A stretch of 64,000 bases of DNA from the NCBI RefSeq assembly GCF_006345805.1, contig NC_043003.1:3844001-3908000 (forward strand), given 5' to 3'. The DNA is from Octopus sinensis (taxonomy: Eukaryota). How positions within the stretch are numbered: the first letter of the stretch is position 1; every line of letters starts with the position of its first letter. Positions 38,364 to 50,386 of the stretch are shown one piece after another. A program made the translations under genes and the position numbers. The notes below the pieces were generated by a model, which had not been told where the DNA came from, made no database searches, and saw only the letters and a program-made list of their open reading frames with translations.

Positions 38364-38872
38364 TGGCTGCTGCCCCTCGTTATCGAGTATGGCCATTGCA
38401 CGAAGCTTAATCAATGCCTGCGCAAGAAGAAATTTTTTTAAGTGAGGATGAGTCAATCCCACTCACTAAGCAACAGCAGCCATAATCCGAAAAGAAGAAC
38501 AAGTCAACATCATCGGCAACCACTGAGCCGCAGGTTTTATGTCGGAGTTATCCCAGTTACCTGAGTTGCCTTCTCCTAGAAGGATGTCCTAACAAAGGCT
38601 AGGAGTCCTTCACTCCCAATGGTTTAACTGCGTGATCGGGTATTCAATCCGATTATTTCTATGTCCCCGCGCATGATACAGCTTTAAGACATTTATTGGA
38701 TGGTCGTTGACTCTCAAGAGTTCCTCCGCCCTTTGACGGGTTTTGTTTTTCGTCCCGCAGGGTGACCAATAAACACCCTCCTCACCAAGCGAGCTTGGTG
38801 GGGTTGCCGGTTTAGTCGCCGACGACCCGACCATGCAACAGGTAGTACTGGGTTACATGTTACCAGTAGCAC
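38360..38872 (-). mobile_element. Interspersed repeat, probably a LINE 5' end or non-autonomous derivative
   Basis: Second copy at about 30150-30505; both give MVGSSAT.....SSL..EG....PC.TKNKT.QR. The family assignment is inference. Confidence 0.5.
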
Positions 38873-39407
38873 TCTACACACACACACAAGTAGGCATATA
38901 AATGCAAAACAAGGTGTAAGAAAATAGTACTCGAATACCGGAGGTAGAGTAATATGCTTTTATTAAATCTGCTGCAAAAGTTTTCGCAAAACTGTTACTC
39001 AGACTTTACGTTCCCGTTCGTCGGACAGTTGTGGTAAATACTCATCACAACTCTCCGACGAACGGGTAGCAAAACCCTGAGTAAGTTTCTTGTGATACTT
39101 CATCTTTAATAAAGAAAGTATGTATGCGTGTATGTATGTATGTATGTATGTGTGTGTGTATATAAGTTTAGGATTTAAGTGAATCGAATCCTTAAATAGT
39201 AAATCACTAAGGTTTTTACAAATTTGGGGAGTTAAATCATTCTCTGACCGAAGTTCACCTGGGATTCATGAAATGGCACATAATTTATTTCGTAGCATGT
39301 TTCTTAAAACGTTTAATCTATGCATATATATTCACCTGAATATATATATATATATTATATATATATATATATATATAATATATATATATTACATGTCTTG
39401 AGAGTTC

Positions 39408-39471
39408 GTTGCACTGAAGAGCATAGAATGCATATTCTGCATTGATTGCGAAATCACAGGTGATATGTAAC
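39408..39471 (+). ncRNA. Type I hammerhead ribozyme, canonical core
   Basis: GTTGCA-CTGAAGA-GCA...TGC-GAAA-TCAC/AG/GTGA-TA-TGTAAC: 6-bp stem I (one GU), G10.1-C11.1, 5-bp stem III, AUA triplet with cleavage after 39465. Confidence 0.82.
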
Positions 39472-40205
39472 TAAATTCTGTTTTTAAATGACTCGCTTTA
39501 AAGTTTTGCATTCGGTACAATTTGTTTATTTTAGTAGTTTTGACTGCAAAAGTCCCTCCTAGCGTGCGGTACCTATGAATAATAGTACCCTCTATATAAT
39601 ATATATATATATATAAACAACTAACAACAAATGGATAGTGGTTCAATCCTTACAGCTATTTCAGGCATGATTTTTTTTATTGATTAACAGAGTTATAACA
39701 TCAAGTGAAAAAAAAAAAAAGAATGTTTGCAAATTGTTTTTGTTACATGTTATTCTGTGTTCTGAATACTTTTATTTTAATAAATGTTGCTTACTGCGAG
39801 TTAAGGATGATTCTTTTATGACTTCATTGCGTTCAGGCTTAGTTTAACGTATTTTCGAGCCCGACATCACAAAATGCGTCTGAATAAACATTGCCGGACA
39901 GCAAATAGAGACTCGAACATTGCTTAGAAAATATTTTCGATTTTTAACCTCGTATATAGTACGCACTAGGGATTTTGACCTTTAAATTTGGGGGAAAAAT
40001 GCAGATTATACTCGCAGATTTCGGTATATATACATATATATATATATATTTAAATTTAAAATTAAAATGAGGATGAGAAATTAGATATTAATCTAATTAA
40101 CATCAATTTCACACCAGTGGTCTAGCATATAAAAAAACTAAAGGTTCAGTAAAATTGTATTATATGCACATTATGGTGTCCACATAGTAGTTTCCCTCTA
40201 ATATG

Positions 40206-40252
<47 letters not shown>

Positions 40253-40363
40253 TTGATTCTGATAAACAGTGAAGTGCTACACAAATATATATACAACCAT
40301 GTAATATTCCATGAATCATTATAGACCACAAAATATGTACACACCATAACATATTCTCTAGAG

Positions 40364-40685
40364 CATAGGTTCTCAAAGTGGGCGCTACCGCCCCACCCCA
40401 CTTGGTGTTGAGAGGGTCCAGATGAGCGCTGGTGTCTAAGGGAGTCGTAGAGAAAAGGAGGCTTTGGGAGAAAGGCAATAGATTGGGGGGCACCATGAAT
40501 TTATCATATTATTATTATAGTATTGTATACAAATGATATAATATTAGATTAAATATCAAATGATTCATGGGATATATAAATCAGTAAAATATGAAATATT
40601 TATTTATAAATAGAAATAGGGGTGGGGCGCTGGGGGTATTATGTGGTCATGAGGGGGTGGGGCTTAAAATGTTTGAGAACCTCTG
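40364..40685. mobile_element. hAT (Charlie-like) MITE 1, 322 bp; inverted duplicate at 41051-41373
   Basis: TIR CATAGGTTCTCAAA / TTTGAGAACCTCTG; 8-bp TSD CTCTAGAG / ATCTAGAG. Confidence 0.9.
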
Positions 40686-41381
40686 ATCTAGAGAGACATT
40701 AAGACTTGCTTATTGTGTCTGTTGTTTATGGGTTCTCCAGTTGTTCTAAGTGGTTTCAAGACGTACAGGCGGCGTGAAGCAGGTTTTGCATTCCAGAGCA
40801 AACATTCTGCAAAGATTAGAAACACATGATAAGAAATATTTTCTCCGCCAGCCTTGCTCAATGCATTGTCATGGTGTCTCGCTTCTCTGGCCATAACTGC
40901 CGCCGGTCTATTTTACTGATCAACGCCGTTGTCGTCTTCCAGGTCAGAACCGTTGTCAGATTGAGTCACTGATCATTACTACACACACACACACACACAC
41001 ACAACTGTGCGTGTGTGTAGTAATGATCAAGTCTTAATGTCTCTCTAGATCAGAGGTTTTCAAACATTTTAGGCCACTGCCCCCCTCATGACCACATAAT
41101 ACTCCCAGCGCTCCCAGCCCTATTTCTATTTATAAATAAATATTTCATATTTTACTGATTTATATATCCCATGAATCATTTGATATTTAATCTAATATAT
41201 CATTTGTATACAATACTATAACAATATTATAATGGATTCATAGCGTCCCCCAATCTATTGCCTTCCTCCCAACGCCTCCTTTTTCTCTACGACTCCCTTA
41301 GACACCAGCGCTCATCTGGACCCTCTTAACACCAAGTGGGGTGGGGCGGTAGCGGCCACTTTGAGAACCTATGCTCTAGAG

Positions 41382-41588
41382 CAGTGCTTTTCAAACTTTT
41401 TGCTGGGGCGGAACCCCAAGGAAGCATTCCACTGGCTCGAAGAACCCCTGTGCAATAATTTAATAGTCTTATGCACACATATCTGCACAGGAGAATTAAA
41501 AATTACTGCCGATTTTAGCAATTTTGTAACCCCTGGACTGTACTGGCGGAACCCTAAGGTTCCGAGGAACTCTGGTTGAAAACCACTG
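41382..41588. mobile_element. hAT (Charlie-like) MITE 2, 207 bp
   Basis: TIR CAGTGCTTTTCAAAC / GTTGAAAACCACTG; perfect TSD CTCTAGAG (41374-81, 41589-96). Confidence 0.93.
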
Positions 41589-42160
41589 CTCTAGAGAATA
41601 TGTTATGGTGTGTATGTTTTTTTTTAGTCTATAAGGATTCATACACACACACATGGCTTAGCGGTTAGATTATTCGACAGAGGATCGTAAGCTCCTGAGT
41701 TCGACACCCATAGGCACGTTGTCTCCTTGAGCAAGACACTTTATTTCACGGCGCCTCAGTCCACTCAGCTGGCAAAAGTGAGTTGTGCCTGTAATTCAGA
41801 AGGGACCAGCCTTGTCACACTCAGTGTCACGCTGAATCTCCTCGAGAACTACGTCTGAAGGTACGGTTGTCTGTGGAGTACTCAGCCATTTGCACGTTAA
41901 TTTCACGAGCAGGCTGTTCCGTTGATCGGTTCAACTGTAACCTTCGTCGTCGTAAGCGACAGAGTGCCAATTATGTGTGTGTGTGTGTATGTTTGTGTGT
42001 GCGTGTGTGTGTGTGTGTGTGTTTGTGTGTATGTGTATGTGTATGTATGCGTTTGTGTGTGTGTGTGTCTTTGTGTTTGTGTGTGTGTGTTTTTGTATGT
42101 GTGGGTGTTTGTGTGTGTATGTTTGTGTCTGTGTTTATGTTTGTGTGTGTGCGTGCGTCG

Positions 42161-42204
<44 letters not shown>

Positions 42205-42708
42205 CCACCTCTTTTATGATCCATCACAACCCCCCACCGCTTTCCATTCCCTCACCCTTACACCCTTCATCCGCCCATCCTGCTTCTCCTCTCGCTCTCC
42301 TCTATCCTCCCAATTATATTTATCTACATCATAGAGTTGGTGCTATGAGAAAATGTATCCAGTACAATCTGTGCCGTGGCTAATGGATGTATGGAGACAA
42401 TGTAAGGTAGAAACGTCATTTTAATGTTGTTGAAGACTTGGTGACCTCTCTAGTGTTGGTGCTATGATAAAATGTGTCCTGTACATGAGCAACAATGTTG
42501 ATATGGCTCGTTGTTTTGCGTTTATAATAAAATAAATATATACAAATTATAAAAATAATTTAAAACAATATACAGTACAGTACTGTCTCTGTTTCGCGGA
42601 TTTTCAACTATCGCGGGGGATTTTGGAACGTAACACCAGCAATAGTCGAGGGATTACTTGATATATGTATATATTTTCTATTTTCTCTCCCTGTTTATTT
42701 CTGTGTTC

Positions 42709-42744
42709 CTTTCTGTCGAAGAGCGTTGGCTCGAAACGTAAAAG
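42709..42744 (+). ncRNA. Hammerhead-like motif, A6U core variant (best copy)
   Basis: CTTT-CTGTCGA-A-GAGC/GTTG/GCTC-GAAAC-GTA-AAAG: stem I 4 bp, stem II 4 bp, palindromic ACGT, GUA triplet. Confidence 0.6.
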
Positions 42745-42993
42745 ACTTTCTCACCTTCCCGAGCGTTAAACTAATACATTTGTTTGTTGTTTACACACCT
42801 GTCGTTGGCTTTTGTTTTGTTTGTTTTTTTTTTGTAAATTCTCATTACATACATACAAACATGTATGTATATATATATATATATATATTGTGTGTGTGTG
42901 TGTGTATGAGTCATTCTAAGAAATTGAATATTGTTTACCAGGTTTCACTTACAAATATTGACTTGTAACAAATATCTTTTATTTTCATTTCAG

Positions 42994-43050
42994 ATGAACT
43001 CAGTTATCTTGTATAACGACCCATTTCTTGGATTCTCCGAAACACATCCG
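42994..43050 (+). CDS. Candidate small coding exon (MNSVILYNDPFLGFSETHP), unknown gene
   Basis: Strong acceptor TTTTATTTTCATTTCAG, 57 nt open in one frame only, weak donor CCG/GTAGAG. Confidence 0.4.
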
Positions 43051-44795
43051 GTAGAGTATATTTTAGCTTAAGCAATGAGTTAATGTTTTTTTTTAATGTA
43101 AATTAGTCACCGGAAGAGAGGCCATGCTGTACGCAGGTCTACCTTTCCGGTGTTCTGAGATTAATGGACATAGTTATCAGATAAATTCGATCGTATTATT
43201 TCAACATGGCACTCCGTTGCCATACCTCTGAAAATAAGTAAAATTTATTCAAATTTCAAAAACAATGAACACAAAACACTACGATAAAAATATTTTTGGT
43301 CTTAATTCAAATGATTAAAATGAATGTGGCAGTGGGGTTGGGGAATGAACGAATTTATCTGACAGCGCATTAGATTAAATACCTGGGTGGCTCCTTTTAC
43401 CGTATGGCATTTCTCAAATTTCTACTTCACAAATATTGCAAAAATAAAAAGAAGTTTAGTTTAGTTAGATAGAACACACATATACAAACTTGAACTTAGA
43501 TAAGCATATTTTGGCTAGTACGGGCTTCAACCATGTCTAACTTAATAGCACCATTTAGTGAAGTCCTTTAATGTACGTTTTGTTCCACCATTACCCACCA
43601 TAACCCACTCCATTAGGAAGTTGTTGTCCATGGAACTGTAGACGGATGCTAGAAGTTGCATTAGAGGAATTTGGTCAGGTACCATTTAACGGCTCTGTTT
43701 TCTTTTTCTTACTCGATTTGTCTCGAGATAATGTTGCAGTGGGAGATCATCCATGTTTTCTTCCACTCCGTTTTTTCTTCCACTATTTCATCCAACATCT
43801 GCCTCTTTTTAGATATTTCCATAGACTAAGACCCCCTTATGCAAAGAATATTTATAAAAATTGGGACTTACTTAATGAAATGCTGTGACTCACACAATGA
43901 AAATATTTTGGACCTTACCACATCATCAATCCTACTTTCTGCACTAAAATACGACCCAACCCATATTGTAATCCGGAAAAACATTAAAAAAAAAATATTT
44001 ATATTTAAATACAGTACTTGGTTAAAATATTTTGTTTCTAACAAGACCCAAACACCTCTAAACGTCTAATGCCTCTATATGCCCCTTTAACATAAGCGGC
44101 CCCATGTAGTGGGGATTTGATTGCCCAAGTTAAGAGCCACTTGTGTACAAAATAATAAATGCAAGGCCAAGTGTGGGTGGGGCACTTGAGATATGGTTCA
44201 AATGTTTGTAACGGAGTGATGTGCTCTAATAAACAGATGTTTATCAGACGAGCCAGATGTTGAGGTTAAAGACTTCGGTATACTCATCCGCTAATAAACA
44301 GTAATCCTACATGACGGGTCTCAGCTTCGACACCCAAGTGTCGCACAGATAACGTGGACCCCATTAAAAGAAAGACCCTCAAACCGGGTTATAAAGTTAA
44401 ACCCCCCCCCCCACAGTCAGTTGAGCCGCTTTGATACGATCTACTCGTTTCCTGCTCTTATTACAGGCTCTGTTTCATGGAGTGAACTGATGCGTGTCAT
44501 CTCCACGCAAACACTCCTGCACCTTTCTCCTTCCTCACACAGTTTCTCCCCACTCCCTCTCTCCCTCTTCTCCGATCATCCATAACATCTTCCCGCTACC
44601 TTTCTTCCCTCACACACAAACGCACACACAAACACATACATACATACATACATTCATATATGTAAGTATGTAAGTATGTATGTATGCATGTGTGTATGTA
44701 TGTATGTGTATATGTATGTGGGTATATATATATATATCCCGCTATCCTTCTTCCCTCACACACAAACGCACACACAAACACACACACACACCGTC

Positions 44796-44831
<36 letters not shown>

Positions 44832-45066
44832 ACACACACAATCCTCCCTCTGCGGGATGTCAATATTTTTCTTGTAATTGCTTGTTCGAGAGGAATGATT
44901 ACCATAGCAACCTCCCTGGTCTCAGAGGATCTCAGATCTGAAAAGGCCCTGGCTACGGCCCCTCCCTCCACATAAAACTAATAACACACGCACATACACA
45001 CACACATACTTACATATACATGTAAATAAATAAATAGATAGATAGATAGGAATAGATGATAGAATA

Positions 45067-45115
<49 letters not shown>

Positions 45116-45160
45116 GATATTGATGGATAGAAGATAGATAGATAGATAGATAGATGGATT

Positions 45161-45250
<90 letters not shown>

Positions 45251-46207
45251 TAGATAGGCAGATGGAATTACAGATTAAATATTTATCAAAGAAACTCTGC
45301 TTTTGCTAATTCTCTAGTTCATCAGTCACAATGTAGATTCATAAAACAGTTGTGTATTTGTTCAGCTGTGAACGGTGACTATTGTTTCCATCATTGCAGC
45401 ATTCACATATTCCTTTCCTCCCACTATCCCTTCCCCTCCAACACCATATACTCCCTCCCATATTCCCTCCCTCTACCAACCCCGGCTCCTTCCTACACTC
45501 GCTCCTTCTCACCTTATACAATCTAACTTGCTGTTTTAAGTTGTAAAACTCAGAGTAGCTCCCTAAATGCTCCATTTGTTATCAAAAATTATTTTTCCCT
45601 AAATATATTTTCACAAAAAATATGAAATTTTTACGGCCCTTTTTTCATTTCTATTTTTCTCAAGAAATTTACAAAAGTTGTAGCATTTCACTTCTATATT
45701 TCTACACAAAACAGAATATTTGTTATTGATATTGTTGTTGTTGTTGTGTTGGTGGTGGTGGTGGTGGTGGTGGTGGTGGTGGTAGTGTTAATGTTGTTAA
45801 TGGTCGTTATTATTGTTGTTAACCCTAGGCCAATCCAGGTCAACCGAGAAGTCCTATTATGAACGACGATTCAGCGGTTCGAGTATTTTGGATTACGTTA
45901 AACAATGTGTCCTTCCTTTTTAAACACGATAGCATGTGATGTGAAGGAGATTCCGTTGGTATTTCTAGCACGTTGATCAACCATATAGAAGTCACTGTGT
46001 TGCTTGGTTTTCGTAAATATTTGATTGCATTAAGGAGAAGAATGGGGGGACGTGAGTTCAACGATTTTTATGGGGAGGGTACAAACACTTCGCTCTGTGT
46101 TTAATGAAATTAGCCTGTTTTCTTTTTTAATTTTAAACTTGTCCAACCGTCATGGTTGAAGAAAGACAAATTCTAAGGAACTAAACTCTGTAAATTTCCG
46201 GGGAACT

Positions 46208-46252
46208 GTGTCAGTGACCAGGCTGCATATTGTGCGACGAAAATTTTGACAC
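46208..46252 (+). ncRNA. Hammerhead-like motif, G3:C8 variant, diverged subfamily
   Basis: GTGTCA-GTGACCA-G-GCTGC...GCGAC-GAAAATTT-TGACAC: stem I covaries with the 28631 copy; a more decayed inverted copy lies at about 46662-46705. Confidence 0.5.
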
Positions 46253-47368
46253 CAAATAATAAATGTTTAGATAAAATTAAGTTTCTGTGTGTTTTTGAAT
46301 GGTTGATATAAGAGTCTTTCATCCTGTAAAAGTTTTTTTGTTTCAACTTAGTCTCACAGTCCCAGATCGAATCACTCGCCAACCAAGTACATCTCTAAAA
46401 GATGTGTGTATGTGTGCGTGCATACGTGTGTGTGTGTGTGTGTGCGTGCGATTTCGTGTACACAGTAAGATCTAGTAATAGTTTCTTGCTGTGGAGACAC
46501 ATGGCTAGGCAGGTTTTTATAACGTGTCTTGTGTCTATTCTACTTGAAAATCAGGGAAAATATATATATATACATTTAACACAATTACAGTTTTGAAGAC
46601 ACTTAATAGCTAACCAAAATCACACAAAAACTGTTAACTTCACTTAAGCACTTATTATTTGGTGTCAAAATTTTGATCGCACCAACTGCGACCTAGCCAC
46701 TAACGCGATTCCACTTTTATGTGGACGTACAGTTACTGGTTGCCTAACGAAGATACTACATCGCCGCACTGGGGATTTACCCAAGGGGTTTTACTGGACA
46801 ATCGAAAAGGTAGACAAAGAGAAGGGATTATCATCAAATCTCAGATACATTTTATTGATGGATCCTAGCTGTACTAAGAGAAAATGAAACGGGTGGCCCT
46901 CACTCGGGTGAAATACCGACTTCAGGCCTAGAAATGAAGCAGTTTAAACTCTTAAGTTTTTTAATAATAAAGTTGAAATTTACAGAAAGACAAAAGACGA
47001 AGACAGGTGTATAAACAACAAGCAGGTGTTTAATGCTCGGGAAGGTGAGAAAGTCTTTTACATTTCGAGCCTACGCTCCTCAACAGAAAGGAACAGGAAA
47101 AGAAGAGAAAGGAATAGACAGAGAGAGAATGAAAAATGAAATATATATATATATATATACTCTTTTACTCTTTTACTTGTTTTAGTCATTTGACTGCGGC
47201 CATGCTGGAGCACCACCTTTAGTCGAGCAAATCGACCCCGGGACTTATTCTTTGTAAGCCCAGTACTTATTCTATCGGTCTCTTTTGCCGAACCGCTAAG
47301 TGACGGGGACATAAACACACCAGCATCGGTTGACAAGCAATGCTAGGGGGACAAACACAGACACACAA

Positions 47369-47423
<55 letters not shown>

Positions 47424-47649
47424 CGTATATACGACAGGCTTCTTTCAGTTTCCGTCTACCAAATCCACTCACAAGGCATTGGTCGGCCCGGGGCTATAGC
47501 AGAAGACACTTGCCCAAGATGCCACGCAGTGGACTGAACCCGCAATCATGTGGGTGGTTAGCAAGCTACTTACCACACAGCCACTCCTGCACCTCCAACT
47601 ATATATATATAATAATATAATATATATATATATAATATAATATATATTG

Positions 47650-47698
<49 letters not shown>

Positions 47699-47717
47699 TA
47701 TTATATATATATATATA

Positions 47718-47754
<37 letters not shown>

Positions 47755-49667
47755 TAAATTCATAGAAAAACACAGGACAAAGACAGGTGTATAAACAGCA
47801 AGCAAGTGTATTAGTTTGAGAGAACAAGACAGAAAGAGAGAGAAAAAAACTTATGGATTTAGCGGTGAATCATTAATAAAGTTTGTGTTGGGTGCAAACT
47901 CTTTCGTTGATATTTTTGTGTGAAGAAATTAATTTGCCGGCAGGGGTGGGGGTCACAACATGAGTTTGATAAAGTTTATATAAAAGGGGATGAGGTCTCT
48001 ATGACATAGCAAAAACTGCTAGAAATAGAAGACAATTCTCCTTTGGAGCACATCCTTAAAAAGGAAACATTGAAGAGTTGTTCCGATATACAGAGAATCT
48101 ACAAATGAGGGGTTGGTCATAGCCGGAACATGTTTGATCATAGATTCTTCCTTCATTGAGAGGTGACTTGGGGTTAAATAGCAACGACGACGACGATGAT
48201 GATGATGGTGGTGGTGGTGGTGGTGGTAATACTTATAAAGACAGGTCTTCACTATGTTCGTGTAGCGATTCGGGGAATTAATTTATAAAGCAGTCAAATC
48301 TCCCTCAAATCACACCTTACCGCCTTAAACCAGGAAGGGCACATTGTGTAATGTAATCCTAGATATACTATGCCTGATAAGATTGGATGCCCACTGCGTA
48401 TCAGGACAATTATCCCCACCCCACAGGACAATTCCCCCGACGACAACTACCCCCTAGGACAATTACCCCTCTTGGTTAATTACCCCCTAACTAATATATT
48501 AGAAGTTTCAAATCATTATTTGTTATCCTCAGGGGTAATTACGCTTGGCAGGTTATTGCCCATGGGGTGGGGTAAATGTCTAGACTCACCACAGATGTAT
48601 CGCTTTTGATCATAAGTCTCCTGAAAGAGGTTAGACCTGGGACTAACTCCTACCACATCAATATTGACATGGCCGCTCACCTCCCTTTCTACCGTTCTCC
48701 ACGGTTTTTATCCAGATTTAAAATCATTTTATCTTTAACAACTTTTGATGTTGGAAAACTAGATTTTTATCTGAAGTAACCTATATTTTTTGCGATACAC
48801 ACGGGAGTCTTAAAGTAATGTTTGTAAAAAAAAAACCTGTTGACCACGTAAATCGATTTTACTGTGAACACATTCTATTTATTGTTGAACGCAGCTGAAA
48901 GTTAATAATGAGAAATTGATAGATTTTTATCGAATTAATAAAAGTGAACACAGGTCTCGATCAATACTGTGTAATTTCATCAGATAAATCGATGTCCTTT
49001 GTACCACCAAAAATATCAAACATAAAATATATTTGTTAACTACAAACCCTGTTTCTCTTGTGCGGCTTCGCCGCACAGTAGCAAATAAAATACATATCGA
49101 CATGATTAAATGTGATTAAAACAAGTTATTTCGTCTAGCAGTGTTGAAGTGGTTACATCTTCAGATCATTGGAGAAAATGTCTCACGTATTCAGTGACGT
49201 CTCTTTAAGTTCTGAGTTCAAATCCCAACGTGGTCAGTCTTCTTTTACTTCGCCATTAAGTCAGTCAATAAACCCCTGATATCCATCTTCACGTAAGAAC
49301 CAACAAAAATGGTTTCCTTGTTTCGAGTATTTCTTTTTTGTTAATCACCATATTGTCTGTTGGATACAAATAAGTTTGCTACACTTGTTTGGCTAATCTG
49401 AACATAATAACTACCGTAAAATATTATCTCGGTGACTCAAACAATTCTATCAATCTACTACCATGGGGCTGGTATTTTATTTTATCAAACCTGAAAAGGT
49501 GGAGAGTAAAGCTGACCTCGGTGGTATTTGAACTCAGATGAAAAAGATCCACAACCAGTAACGTGCGACATATTGTCCGGTGTCCTAATAACTCCGTCAA
49601 TTCATCCTTGTGGAATCTTTAACAAAAATGTTTTAAGATTTTTCTCTTAACTGATATTGTTATAAAG

Positions 49668-49793
49668 TATCCGAGATGTGAATGGATGCAAGACGCTGGC
49701 AGTCACTCAACAGCTAAAACTGATGGGGAAAACTGCCCGATTTTACTGTCACAGAGAATTTCAAGAGGTGGAAGTGGTTAAGTCGGTGTTAAT
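49668..49793 (+). CDS. Candidate coding exon (IRDVNGCKTLAVTQQLKLMGKTARFYCHREFQEVEVVKSVL), unknown gene
   Basis: AG at 49666-67, open frame, donor GTACGT at 49794 (alternative in-phase donor GTGAAG at 49798); phase linkage to the next exon is uncertain. Confidence 0.35.
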
Positions 49794-50030
49794 GTACGTG
49801 AAGTACTGAACTAATTCACTTTTATTAATCAAAGTTATCATTGTTTTGAATAGAAGCAGACATTTTTGCTTCGACATGGAATTTGAGCTTTAGGCAGGGG
49901 AGATAACTGCGAAATTAAAAAAACGTTTATTTTCTCCGGGGGGGGGGGGGGTTACGGTGACCTTTGTCACTGATTGATAAAAAAAAAATGAATAAACCTA
50001 AATTTCAAAGTTTATTTTCATCCTTATCAG

Positions 50031-50156
50031 TTGGAGAACAGGAAGCAGACAGAGAAACTAGGTGAAGTTCATGTGAAGCTTACAATTTCTGAAGATATCA
50101 ACGATATTCAGATGTATAAAAATATGTCGTCTGCTACCATTTTGCATGTGACTGGG
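50031..50156 (+). CDS. Candidate coding exon (LENRKQTEKLGEVHVKLTISEDINDIQMYKNMSSATILHVTG), unknown gene
   Basis: Acceptor TTTATTTTCATCCTTATCAG, 126 nt phase 0-0, donor GGG/GTAAAT, 97-bp intron to the next exon. Confidence 0.55.
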
Positions 50157-50253
50157 GTAAATAATTTAGAGGGAAGACGACATAACACAGCATAATTCAT
50201 ATATATATATTAGATTTCTATATTGTGATTTCACATTTTTTTCTGTTATTTAG

Positions 50254-50386
50254 GTGGAGCAATGTCCAGTAGAAGTGAGAGACGAACCTCCGTTCAAAGG
50301 TGACGACTACAGCTTGACTTCCCTCAATATTCCTGACAGTGAAGATTTCGAGGCGACCAAAGTCGAAGACATGAAAGAAGAAACTG
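50254..50386 (+). CDS. Candidate coding exon (VEQCPVEVRDEPPFKGDDYSLTSLNIPDSEDFEATKVEDMKEET), acidic, unknown gene
   Basis: Acceptor TTTTTTTCTGTTATTTAG, open frame in phase with the 50031 exon, donor CTG/GTCAGT, GC higher than flanks. Confidence 0.65.

Larger units (their letters stand above)
40311..41642. repeat. Local inverted (fold-back) duplication, arms 40311-40708 and 41028-41642
   Basis: The arms share a hAT MITE plus unique flanks on both sides; 319-bp spacer. Confidence 0.92.

Noticed and set aside
40709-41027. Spacer of the fold-back read as piggyBac-like fragments (SDNGSDLEDD; ECKTC)
   Set aside because: The motifs are too short and in inconsistent frames, with no TTAA TSD or TIR.
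49139-49186. AG...GT-bounded open segment
   Set aside because: It overlaps a decayed family-A SINE head, so the apparent frame is incidental.
49854-49930. Possible exon between the 49668 and 50031 candidates
   Set aside because: All three frames hit stops, the upstream intron would be only about 60 bp, and there is no good donor.
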